Shown piece by piece: positions 17,530-26,475 of a stretch of 64,000 bases of DNA; position 1 is the first letter of the stretch, and each line of letters starts with the position of its first letter. The DNA is from Collinsella sp. GTDB lineage: Bacteria; Actinomycetota; Coriobacteriia; Coriobacteriales; Coriobacteriaceae. The position numbers and the translations under genes were made by a program. The stretch is taken from assembly GCA_019413925.1 (NCBI GenBank), contig DXMY01000031.1, forward strand, positions 5,427 through 69,426, written 5' to 3'. Under the pieces are notes generated by a model. The model worked only from the letters and a program-made list of their open reading frames with translations. It was not told where the DNA came from and searched no databases.

Positions 17530-19974
17530 TTAGGCGTGGTCGCGCCAGCTGAGGACGCGCTGCTTCATGCCCTCTATGTCGAGCACGCCTTCGGCAAAGC
17601 CCTTGCGCACGAGCTCTTCGGGAACAAACTCGTCGTAGCGGTCAAAGTAAGGCACCTCGCCGGGATAGACGAGCTCGATGGGATTGAAGTCCTTCTCGGC
17701 CTCGGCGGCGAGCACCTCAAAGAACGTCTCCTCGTCGGCCTTCATCTTAAACTGCATAAAGTACGGGCGCGATGGGTCGAGTCCGCGAAGGCCCAGCTCC
17801 GCGGCACACTTAATCTTGAGCATGCGCTCGAGTGCCAAAAAGGCGTAACTGCCCAGCCAGGGGAAGAGTACCCAGGTGTCGCCACCCAGGTTGATGAGTG
17901 GCTTGGTTCCCGCACCCGAAATCTCGGCCGTATGGCGAGCCTGCGCCAAGCGGGCCCGCGCGTTACCCATAAGGTACGGATACGCGGCATGTTCATTGAG
18001 CGCTTTGCGCATGCGTTCGAGCACATGTGTGTTGATGTCGCCGGGGCAGTCGCCAAAGTAGGCCGGCACCCGGCCTTTGACCTGCGTGGCAAAGACGGTG
18101 TGGCGCTTCCAGTCCACTTCCTCGACAATCCAGCAGTGTCCGGCGATGGCGATGCGCTCACCGGGCGGAGGGGGGTTGACGATCGTGCCCAACTCGGCCG
18201 ACTCGCTGCGAACGGTGAACTCCTCGTTTTCCTGGAACACGGCGTAGAACTTAAAGTTGTTGATGATGCGCTCGCCCGCGAGGCCCACGATGAGCCCATC
18301 GCCCTCGGTGACCTGGATGTGGTCGATCTTGATGAGGTGACGCAGCAGCACGCGATAGTCATCGGCCGAGACGCGATGGAAATAGCTGAGCGTGAGCACG
18401 CGCTGGGCAAGTTCCGCCGGCGTGAGCTCTCCGGTGCTGGCGAGGGTCGACATGGTCTGGTGATAGAGCAGACTGTAGGGGAGTCGATCGAGCTCAGGCG
18501 GCTCGACCCACTTTTCCTCGCGATAGAGTTGTACGAGCGCGATGCTCTGGAGGAGTTTCCAAGGTATCGTTTCAGGCATCATCGTGCGCGGCTCGGGCTC
18601 TTCCTCGCGCATGACAAACCACATCTCGGGCGGAAGATCGCGGCGCCCCGTGCGGCCCATTCGCTGCAAAAAGGAGCTGACGGTAAACGGCGCGTCAATC
18701 TGGAAGGCGCGCTCCAGGCGGCCGATATCGATACCGAGCTCCAGCGTAGAGGTGGTGACGGTTGTCTGTGCCTGCTCCTCATCGCGCATGAGCTCTTCTG
18801 CCGTCTCGCGCAGCGATGCTGAAAGATTGCCGTGGTGGATGAGAAAGCGGTCGGGCTCGTGCCGGCTCTCGCAGTAGCTGCGCAGCATGGAGCACACGGC
18901 CTCTGCCTCCTCGCGCGAGTTGGCAAAGACCAGGCACTTGCGGCCGCGTGTGTGCTCAAAGATATAGCCCATGCCGGGGTCGGCGTTGTCTGGCGCCGTG
19001 TCGGTGGGGTTGAGTAATGCCTGTTCGGGTGCTCGGGGGATGTCGACTTCGCCCTCGGGGGCCGACGAAGTGCGGCGATCCCTGGAGGTAGCCTTGTCCC
19101 GTGCCCGCTCACGACGTTGACGGCGCTCCTCTTGTGTGAGCTGTCCGCTGTGACGCATGTCTTGGGCGCCGGCGGGCAGTGCCGCGGGTGCCGCTGCCTC
19201 AATGCGCTCGCACGCAAGCACTTCGGCCTCTTGAGGACCCATGCTCTCGAATCCTCGCTGCTGTGCCTGGGGACCCGAGTTGTAGAAGTGCTCCATGGAG
19301 ATACGCCACACGCGGCGCGGCTCCTCAAAGCGGGGGATGATGCAATCGCGTCCTGTTCCCTGCGAGAGGAAGGCACCCGTACGCTCGGGGTCACCGATGG
19401 TGGCCGAAAGGCCGATGCGGCGGGGCTGCACGCCTGCCATGCGCGAGAGGCGCTCGATAAGGCAGAGCGTCTGACCGCCGCGGTCGCCGCGCATGAGCGA
19501 ATGGACCTCGTCGATGACCACGTAGCGCAGGTCGCAGAACATGCGCGGGATCGCCATGTGCTTATGGATTAAGAGCGCCTCGAGTGACTCGGGCGTAATC
19601 TGCAAGATGCCGCTCGGTTTTTTTATGAGCTTAGCCTTGTGCGACTGCGAGACATCGCCATGCCAGTGCCAGACAGGGATATCGGCCTCTTCGCAGAGGT
19701 CGTTGAGACGGACGAACTGATCATTGATGAGCGCTTTGAGGGGGCCGATGTAGAGGGCGCCTACGCTCGCGGGCGGGTTCTCCCAAAACTCGGTCAGGAT
19801 GGGAAAGAAGGCTGCCTCGGTTTTGCCGGAAGCCGTGGATGCCGTCAGGAGCACATTATCTTGCGTGTTAAAGATGGCGTCTGCCGCTGCAACCTGGATA
19901 GAGCGCAGACTCTCCCAATCGTGGGAGTAGATGAAGTCTTGGATAAACGGAGCATATCGGTCAAAGGCGTTCAC
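17530..19974 (-). CDS. Lhr-like DEVH-box superfamily-2 helicase (SngC-like)
   Basis: TASGKTEAA (I), VIDEVHS (II), SATIG (III), QRMGRTGRR (VI). GTG at 19974 has AGGAGG 4 nt upstream (track start is TTG at 19989). Long C-terminal domain. Confidence 0.85.
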   Translation of the reverse strand: MNAFDRYAPFIQDFIYSHDWESLRSIQVAAADAIFNTQDNVLLTASTASGKTEAAFFPILTEFWENPPASVGALYIGPLKALINDQFVRLNDLCEEADIPVWHWHGDVSQSHKAKLIKKPSGILQITPESLEALLIHKHMAIPRMFCDLRYVVIDEVHSLMRGDRGGQTLCLIERLSRMAGVQPRRIGLSATIGDPERTGAFLSQGTGRDCIIPRFEEPRRVWRISMEHFYNSGPQAQQRGFESMGPQEAEVLACERIEAAAPAALPAGAQDMRHSGQLTQEERRQRRERARDKATSRDRRTSSAPEGEVDIPRAPEQALLNPTDTAPDNADPGMGYIFEHTRGRKCLVFANSREEAEAVCSMLRSYCESRHEPDRFLIHHGNLSASLRETAEELMRDEEQAQTTVTTSTLELGIDIGRLERAFQIDAPFTVSSFLQRMGRTGRRDLPPEMWFVMREEEPEPRTMMPETIPWKLLQSIALVQLYREEKWVEPPELDRLPYSLLYHQTMSTLASTGELTPAELAQRVLTLSYFHRVSADDYRVLLRHLIKIDHIQVTEGDGLIVGLAGERIINNFKFYAVFQENEEFTVRSESAELGTIVNPPPPGERIAIAGHCWIVEEVDWKRHTVFATQVKGRVPAYFGDCPGDINTHVLERMRKALNEHAAYPYLMGNARARLAQARHTAEISGAGTKPLINLGGDTWVLFPWLGSYAFLALERMLKIKCAAELGLRGLDPSRPYFMQFKMKADEETFFEVLAAEAEKDFNPIELVYPGEVPYFDRYDEFVPEELVRKGFAEGVLDIEGMKQRVLSWRDHA

Positions 19975-20055
19975 GGGGCCTCCTCTCAAATACGAATCTC
20001 TTAACGCGGTGAGCAGTGGCTCGCTACATTACTGTCTCGACGTTTGCCCAGATAA

Positions 20056-20092
20056 AACCTGCCAAAATAAACCTGTCCCTTTTTGGCAGGTT
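20056..20092 (-). terminator. Terminator-like hairpin directly after the ATPase gene, upstream of the helicase gene
   Basis: Perfect 12-bp stem AACCTGCCAAAA / TTTTGGCAGGTT overlaps the TAA stop. On the minus strand it is followed by TTTTATCTGG. Confidence 0.5.
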
Positions 20093-21395
20093 AGATGGTG
20101 AACTCGGCGAAGTTGCGGTCTTCGCTTGCGGTGTCGGTGTTGTCCGTTACGGCTGCCGGCGCCAGCGCGTCGCCACCGACGCTTTGCAGCAACTCGGCCA
20201 CGTTAGCATCGGGGTTTTGGCATAGGATGTCGAGCAGCTCGATAAAGTCACGAATGACTTCACGCGGCGTTAAGTGCGTATCGGCTCCCACGCGGCCAAA
20301 CTCAATCTTGAGGAAGTCCACCAAGTCGTTTTCGGTAAGCGAGGGCGTCCAGCCAAAGTAGCCGGCATGGATCTGCATGAGTTTTTCGATCAGCACCAGC
20401 AGTTCCTCATAGGTGAGTGGCTGTAGGCGGATGATGGGCGCGAGCATGTCCTTAAGGTCCTCGCGCGCAAAGCGGCCCTGAGCGAGTCGGCTGCGCAGGG
20501 CTTCGTAGGAGAACACGCCGCGGCGGCGGTCTTCGATGGAGGTTGGCGTGCCGCCCATAATCATGCCCAGGTACTGCGCTTTGCCCTGAAGCGTGTCGTT
20601 GTACATGGTCAGGATTTTCTCGTAGTTGTACTGGCGCGTGATAGCGTTGGGAATCTTATACAGATTCACGAGCTCGTCGATGAGCACCAACATACCCTTG
20701 TAGCCGCCGCAGACCAAAAAACGCGCGATGAGCTTAACGTAGTCGTACCAGTCGTCATCGCTGATGATGGTCGAGGAGCCCAGCTCGGCGCGAGCCTCGC
20801 TCTTGGTACGGTATTCGCCGCGGATCCATTTGGTCACGCGGCTCATGGCTTCCTCGTCGCCCTCGGATACGGCCGTGCGATAGCGGCGAAGCATGCGGGT
20901 GAAGTCGAAGCCGTGGACCATCTCCTCGAGCGGGGCCAGTTGGGCATTGACGACCGACTCGTCGACGTCGGCACACGAGGCAACCCAGCGATCCAGAATA
21001 AGGTTGAGCGCACCGCCCTCGGGGCGCGTCTTGGTCGATATATTGCGTATGAGCTCGCGGTAGGTGGCAAGGCCCTGCCCCTGCCCGCCCTGCAGACGGC
21101 GCTCGGGGGATAAGTCTGCATCGGCGACGACGAATCCCTCGCCCATGGCATGCGTTCGGATGGTTTGGAGCAAAAAGCTCTTGCCGGCGCCGTAGCGACC
21201 GACCAGAAAGCGGAAGCTTGCGCCGCCGTCGGCGATGAGACTCAAATCGGTGAGCAGGGCGCGAATCTCGACCTCGCGTCCCACGGTGATATAGGGAAGG
21301 CCGATGCGCGGGACCACGCCGCCCTTGAGCGAGTTAAGGATAACGGCAGCGACGCGTTTGGGTACACGGGGCGCTGCGGATGCGGTATCACTCAT
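20091..21395 (-). CDS. P-loop ATPase, DUF2791/BrxD-like (SngB-like)
   Basis: Walker A GRYGAGKSF, Walker B MLVLIDELVNL. N-terminal LNSLKGGVVPRIGLPYITVGRE block as in DUF2791/BREX ATP-binding proteins. Confidence 0.8.
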   Translation of the reverse strand: MSDTASAAPRVPKRVAAVILNSLKGGVVPRIGLPYITVGREVEIRALLTDLSLIADGGASFRFLVGRYGAGKSFLLQTIRTHAMGEGFVVADADLSPERRLQGGQGQGLATYRELIRNISTKTRPEGGALNLILDRWVASCADVDESVVNAQLAPLEEMVHGFDFTRMLRRYRTAVSEGDEEAMSRVTKWIRGEYRTKSEARAELGSSTIISDDDWYDYVKLIARFLVCGGYKGMLVLIDELVNLYKIPNAITRQYNYEKILTMYNDTLQGKAQYLGMIMGGTPTSIEDRRRGVFSYEALRSRLAQGRFAREDLKDMLAPIIRLQPLTYEELLVLIEKLMQIHAGYFGWTPSLTENDLVDFLKIEFGRVGADTHLTPREVIRDFIELLDILCQNPDANVAELLQSVGGDALAPAAVTDNTDTASEDRNFAEFTI

Positions 21396-23148
21396 GGTCT
21401 AGGTATCCTCTCACGTCTGCTTCGTAGTCCTCGATAATCTGCGGCCCTGCCGCGCTAAATTCAATTACGGTGTCGCCCACCAGGTCAAAGAGCGCCTCGT
21501 TGATGCTGTCGACGAGCATGTCCTCGCTCTGCCCCGATTGCACTACCGCCGATTCCGCCTGTACTGCGTTGTGCTCGAGCAGCGCGCGGAGATAGGCGTC
21601 TGCGGCAGGCGTGAGTTCGTTCGTGGCGTCAGCGGGCGCAACAGCTGCGAACGCGGGCGTCGGCGCGAGAAGCGGTGCCACGACACCAAACTGTTCGGTG
21701 GATATGGTTGGCTCGTCGGTCTCGTCCTGCCGAATGGGTGCCGCGACCGCCTCGACAATCGCGTCGGCTACGGGCTCGGCTTCCGGTTGCCCTGAGTCCG
21801 CTGCCTCGGCTTCCACAGGTGCGCTGTCCTCGCGCTCTTCGTCGATTAAAAGTGCTTCGCGCGTTTGCGCAGCGGCGCTCCGAATGTGCCCCAGCTGAGT
21901 CAGGTCGATATCGATCTTGACGGGCTGGTGTGCGGCGTCCCACGAAAGCCATGCCACAATCTCGTCATCGATAATCTTGGCCAGATATTTGGGGACCTTT
22001 TCTTCCTTAAGGGGATGGGCGGGGTCCAGCGCCAGGCGCAGGCGTTGGTCGCAGGCGCGCATCATTTCACCGAGCTTGCTGCTCTTTTGCCTACTACCAT
22101 GGATACGCATACATTCCCAAAAGCCGTTTTGGCAACGGTAGATATGGATGGGATCCAGGCGGTATTCGCAGTTCTCGTGGCGCTCGGGCGCAAAGAATAC
22201 GGCCGAGGCAAACATGGTGTAGGGCATGGCCGTCTCCTCCCCAAACAAGCTCGCTACGATGCCGGTCTTTCGATGCGTGTCATAGTAGCGCGCCATGCGG
22301 ACATACGCGGCGCATGCCACGTGGCGCAGATCGCGGTGGTGGCTGCGGTCGAGCCGCGAGTTACTTAGGTTGTACGTGGAGAGGGCGTTGATGGCGGCCA
22401 TGAGTCGCTCCTCGCGCACCTCATCGGGCGGAAGGGGGAGCGTGGGCTCGGAGGTTTTGCGACGTTTGGGGGTCTGGTCGGACGGTGCCGGTGCTGGTAC
22501 AAGGTCTCGTGCCGCGCGCCGCAGCTCGATAAGGGCGTTATCGAACATGACGGTTTTAGAGTCGCGGAGCAGCTTGGGGTCGAGCCCATGGAATACGGCG
22601 TAATCCTGCAACCACACGCGTGCAAACCGATCAATGCCGGGCTCGAAGGCGCGATAGACATCCCAAAAGGCCTTGATCTTGTTAAAACCGTCGAGCGGGT
22701 CATCTACGCCAATGCCGCAAATCAGCTCATAGAGATACAGAAAGGCAAAGGACGTAGACGTTTCCTCGACGGTTCCGCGGCGCACTTGGGCACGCCAGGT
22801 AAAGTAGCCGCGCAGCTGCCGGTCGCTCATGGCGTTGTAGGTGGGAAAGTACGACTTAAAGGTGCCGTTGTAGGGACAGTCGTCCTCAAAGTCGGCCATC
22901 AGCAGGCCCTGGCGGTAAAAAAGCTCGGCTTCCGAAAGCCAGCGGCCCGCACCGCCCTTGGGGTCATCCTGCCAGCGCGATATCTCGCGCATTTTACGGT
23001 ACTGGTCGGGGAGGAAATTCTGCATCTGTCGGCCGGTTTTGAGAATCGGCTCGTCTGCGTAGATTTCGTTTGAGAAGCGGGTGGACTGATGGGTCCGGGC
23101 CTCGGCCATAATGCGCTCGATGAGCATCTTGATGTCCTGGTCGGCCAC
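21388..23148 (-). CDS. TerB-N plus TerB-C domain protein (SngA-like)
   Basis: N-terminal FPTYNAMSDRQLRGYFTWRAQVRRG / FAFLYLYELI blocks (TerB-N-like). C-terminal EDMLVDSINEALFDLVGDTVIEF (TerB-C-like). 8-nt overlap with the ATPase gene. GTG start after GGAGAGGAG. Confidence 0.72.
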   Translation of the reverse strand: MADQDIKMLIERIMAEARTHQSTRFSNEIYADEPILKTGRQMQNFLPDQYRKMREISRWQDDPKGGAGRWLSEAELFYRQGLLMADFEDDCPYNGTFKSYFPTYNAMSDRQLRGYFTWRAQVRRGTVEETSTSFAFLYLYELICGIGVDDPLDGFNKIKAFWDVYRAFEPGIDRFARVWLQDYAVFHGLDPKLLRDSKTVMFDNALIELRRAARDLVPAPAPSDQTPKRRKTSEPTLPLPPDEVREERLMAAINALSTYNLSNSRLDRSHHRDLRHVACAAYVRMARYYDTHRKTGIVASLFGEETAMPYTMFASAVFFAPERHENCEYRLDPIHIYRCQNGFWECMRIHGSRQKSSKLGEMMRACDQRLRLALDPAHPLKEEKVPKYLAKIIDDEIVAWLSWDAAHQPVKIDIDLTQLGHIRSAAAQTREALLIDEEREDSAPVEAEAADSGQPEAEPVADAIVEAVAAPIRQDETDEPTISTEQFGVVAPLLAPTPAFAAVAPADATNELTPAADAYLRALLEHNAVQAESAVVQSGQSEDMLVDSINEALFDLVGDTVIEFSAAGPQIIEDYEADVRGYLDHE

Positions 23149-23236
23149 CGCTTCTCCTCTCCTAACGCAGCTACGGTGACCTCATATCATAGCACAGCAT
23201 CAAACAGATGTTCGAGATACCGCTGCGTTGATAGAT

Positions 23237-23953
23237 TTAGAACAGGAGGGCGTAGATGACGGCGATGACGACGGAGGGGAGCATATTGGCCGTGCGGAAG
23301 GTCTGAGGACGGATGAGGTTGACGCCGACGCAGAAGATGAGCATGGAGCCTACGAGCGAAAGGCTGTCGAGGGCTGCCGTGGTCATGATGGGGGAGAGCG
23401 CGCCGGCAAACAACGTGATCGTCCCCTGGAACACGGCGACGGGCAGGGCGGAGAAAATGCAGCCGCGGCCAAGCGACGCCGTCATGGTGCAGACGATGAT
23501 GCAGTCCAATGCGCCTTTCAAGGCAAGCGTTGACCAGTCACCGAGCAGACCGTCCTGGATCGATCCCACGATAGCCATGGCACCGATGCAGACGGTCAGC
23601 GATGTCGAGACAAAAGCGTTGGTGAACTCGTTATCGCCCTCACTGCCAGTCTTGCGCTTGAGCCATTCGCCAAGGTTCTCGATGGCGGCCTCCAAGTTGA
23701 TGGCCTCGCCGATGAGCGAACCGAGCGCAAATGAGACGATGAGCATGGTGGTACCGGTGGTCGCTAGCGCCTTTCCATCGATGATGAGCATCTTTTGCAT
23801 GGTGCCGCCCAGGCCGATAAACAGGACGCACAGCCCCGATGCTTTCATGAGCGTGTCTTGGATGCGCGGTGTAATGAAGCGGCCGCCCGCTAATCCCAAA
23901 AGACCGCCCGCAACTAAAAGCACAACGTTGATGATTGTTCCCAAGCCCGGCAT
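23237..23953 (-). CDS. DUF554 family membrane protein
   Basis: MPGLGTIINVVLLVAGGLLGL... start is typical of YdfK/YqgA-like DUF554 proteins. Polytopic. Confidence 0.85.
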   Translation of the reverse strand: MPGLGTIINVVLLVAGGLLGLAGGRFITPRIQDTLMKASGLCVLFIGLGGTMQKMLIIDGKALATTGTTMLIVSFALGSLIGEAINLEAAIENLGEWLKRKTGSEGDNEFTNAFVSTSLTVCIGAMAIVGSIQDGLLGDWSTLALKGALDCIIVCTMTASLGRGCIFSALPVAVFQGTITLFAGALSPIMTTAALDSLSLVGSMLIFCVGVNLIRPQTFRTANMLPSVVIAVIYALLF

Positions 23954-24071
23954 GAGCCCTCCTGTATTGATGCCAACGTGGCAATCGTAGCAGAACGAAA
24001 TGCGAGGCACATCGCGACTCATCTAATACGTTATATAAGTGGTGTTAGGAATGATGCGCAGCATTTAAGCC

Positions 24072-25502
24072 TCAGGTGGTTGTCGGGACATAGGGATAGT
24101 ATTCAAAGCGCAGTGTCATAAGCCGCTGCGGGAATTCAATAGCCGCGGCGATGATATTGGCATCGCGGGCACGATCAAACCCTTCGAGTTCGATCTGATA
24201 CGAGACGTCTTGCATAATGTCCAGACGCCGCCAGGCTAGGAGTGTGTCGCCATCGAATTCCAAGGTCTTGCCTCCATCTGGAGCAACGGCGTATAGACGC
24301 AGCTTGGCGGTGGTTGCAGGGTCGACAACCGTGACCTTTTTAATTTCGTTTCGAGTATTCTTGGCGCCCAACAAGGTGAGCAGTGTTGGGGCCACGACCT
24401 CGCCCGATGGCAAAAAGACGACTTCGATGGATTCGGGAAATGCGATGATGGCCGACTTGCGGACGGGTTGATTGGCGGCGGCAACTTCGATGTTCGCAGC
24501 GTCGATGACCTCTGTGTGGTCGAGCGCGGCAAGCACGCAGCAGTTACCTTCATCGATCTCTTGAGGATCAGCAAGCCCCAGACTGTCCGCGAGTTCGGAA
24601 TCGTTTGGATCGGTAGCGGGTTCATTCGGTGCTTCGAGAGAAGCTGGGACGCTGTTTGTCGGCGACGGCGTGTCGCCCGCACCTGCTTCTTTGTCCGCGC
24701 TCTCTTCTTGTATGGTTGCGTTGATGGGTTCGTCGTTTGGGGGGAGCGTCTTGGCGTCAAACGCGGAGGGGAGAATTCCGATAGCTCCGGATCCGTTCCA
24801 CTCCATTTCGAGAAGCGCCGGGTCGGCAAGAATGCGTTGCCTGCTTTGCGCGTGGGAATCGATTTCAAAAGGACCTGCCTCTATCCCTCGTGTAAGGCTG
24901 AGTGATCCGGCTGGCTTCTCGAAATGAGCGTCTGTGTCTTTGGTACTGACGGCGTAGAACAGCAGGGACGCTTCTCCCGCCGCGATGGCATCGGTGCCGG
25001 CTTTGGTCAGCCGCAATGATGCCGTGAATGAGAGGGTGGGCTGCGCATCGTCTGCATTCGCGGCGGCGCAGCCCAGACATATACCGCCTCCTTTCTCAAA
25101 AAACGTACCGTCGAAGGCGACCTTCGCTCCGTTCGCCGAGTCATCGACCGAAGCGATGTCGATGCGCAGCTCTAAATTGCATGGATCGCCATCTGCATCG
25201 AGCACGGCCGAGCGCCACGTGCAGACGGCGCACCCCGCCCGGGAGCCGTTTGCCTTGTTCGAACGATCGATATCCACGACTATCGAGCCGTCCGTATTAC
25301 GACGAAGACATCCCGAGGTCGAGATTGCGGCCTGTGCGATCGAAAAACGCTTGCACGCAATGGCGCTCGATGGATTTGGTGCGGAACTTAGGGCTGCTGG
25401 TAAGGAGTCTGCCATGACGGGAGCCGCCCAAGCGGCGACAGACGTTCCGGTTGCGAGCGCGCCGCAGAGTGCGACGACGGGCAAAAGGTTCTTCGATGCC
25501 AT
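24072..25502 (-). CDS. Secreted Cys-containing protein of unknown function
   Basis: AAGGAG 5 nt before the ATG. Signal peptide MASKNLLPVVALCGALATGTSVAAWA. Acidic/Pro-rich central linker. No C-terminal anchor. Confidence 0.75.
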   Translation of the reverse strand: MASKNLLPVVALCGALATGTSVAAWAAPVMADSLPAALSSAPNPSSAIACKRFSIAQAAISTSGCLRRNTDGSIVVDIDRSNKANGSRAGCAVCTWRSAVLDADGDPCNLELRIDIASVDDSANGAKVAFDGTFFEKGGGICLGCAAANADDAQPTLSFTASLRLTKAGTDAIAAGEASLLFYAVSTKDTDAHFEKPAGSLSLTRGIEAGPFEIDSHAQSRQRILADPALLEMEWNGSGAIGILPSAFDAKTLPPNDEPINATIQEESADKEAGAGDTPSPTNSVPASLEAPNEPATDPNDSELADSLGLADPQEIDEGNCCVLAALDHTEVIDAANIEVAAANQPVRKSAIIAFPESIEVVFLPSGEVVAPTLLTLLGAKNTRNEIKKVTVVDPATTAKLRLYAVAPDGGKTLEFDGDTLLAWRRLDIMQDVSYQIELEGFDRARDANIIAAAIEFPQRLMTLRFEYYPYVPTTT

Positions 25503-25520
25503 GGGGTCTCCTTAGCTAAT

Positions 25521-25802
25521 TTAGTGCGGCCTGTCCGTGTTTTGTTTCTGGCTGCGTTTGATGTGCAGACCGAGGCCGGCGGTTCCCGCGCCTGCTGCTG
25601 TGGCGCCTGCTGCCAAGAGCCATCGTCTGTCGCCTGTCTGCGCCAACGGTTCCTCGCGGTCGCCGCGGTCGAGCTCCGAGAGGTCGACCGTCACTTGCGT
25701 GGCGGCCTGCGCCTGTTCTTGCTGGGCAAAGGCCATGGCTGGCCCAAACGCTAGGATGCTGACGGCGGCGGCCAGGGCGACGGCCTTATGCCGTGTGCGC
25801 AC
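25521..25802 (-). CDS. Very small LAXTG (sortase-E type) cell-wall-anchored protein
   Basis: GTG at 25802 gives MRTRHKAVALAAAVSILAFGPAMAFA signal peptide. About 30 mature residues, then LAQTG + hydrophobic stretch + KRSQKQ tail. The track ORF starts at TTG 25832. Confidence 0.62.
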   Translation of the reverse strand: MRTRHKAVALAAAVSILAFGPAMAFAQQEQAQAATQVTVDLSELDRGDREEPLAQTGDRRWLLAAGATAAGAGTAGLGLHIKRSQKQNTDRPH

Positions 25803-26385
25803 CGGGCTCGACCGTCCAGGTGATCGTTGCAACCTGATCGCCTTCGCCGGTTACGCGGAAGATGTCGCGCGTGACGCGGGCGACGTTTCCGCTTGTCTTG
25901 AGCTTAATTTTGTCCGTGCCGCCGGCAATGCCCTGGTAGCCCATGTCGAAGGCTGCGTTCTTGGAAAGATCGAGGCCCGTCTCCTGCATTGCGGCGCTGG
26001 CGTTTTGGAGTGCGCCGTCGGGGCCGACCTTAAAGTCGATGGAGTTTTGTGCGGTTCCGGCCTTGGCGTCGGCGGCAATGGTCCAGGTGTTCATGGCGTC
26101 GATCTTCATGTTGGTGACATGGATGCCGTAGGCCGAATGATTGTCGATGGTGGTCGCGTCTTCTGAGGGGCCCTGAAGCGTGCCGTCGGCCTTGGCGACG
26201 AAGGGAATAACCGTCGGAACTTTGAACTCAACGTTGTCGATCTCGGTCCTGACCATTACTTTCGTGGTTCCAACGCGCCCGGCTGCCATAGCTGGCGTCG
26301 GGGCGGCGCCCATTGCGAGCGCGAGCGCGAGCCCTGCGCCCACGACGAGCGCTCTGGCTCCGTTCATGTTCCTGGTGATGTCCAT
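25786..26385 (-). CDS. Secreted protein, possible WxL-like surface domain
   Basis: AAGGA ribosome-binding site. Signal peptide ...GAAPTPAMAAG. W-x-[IV] motifs NTWTIAAD and C-terminal ATITWTVEPG resemble the two WxL motifs. Confidence 0.75.
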   Translation of the reverse strand: MDITRNMNGARALVVGAGLALALAMGAAPTPAMAAGRVGTTKVMVRTEIDNVEFKVPTVIPFVAKADGTLQGPSEDATTIDNHSAYGIHVTNMKIDAMNTWTIAADAKAGTAQNSIDFKVGPDGALQNASAAMQETGLDLSKNAAFDMGYQGIAGGTDKIKLKTSGNVARVTRDIFRVTGEGDQVATITWTVEPGAHTA

Positions 26386-26475
26386 GGTCGTTCCTTTCTA
26401 TTCGCCGCGGGCCGTCCCCGCGATGATTGGACGAATGCTGGTGAATTGCGTGCGGTGTCGCGTCGACCGGAAAAG

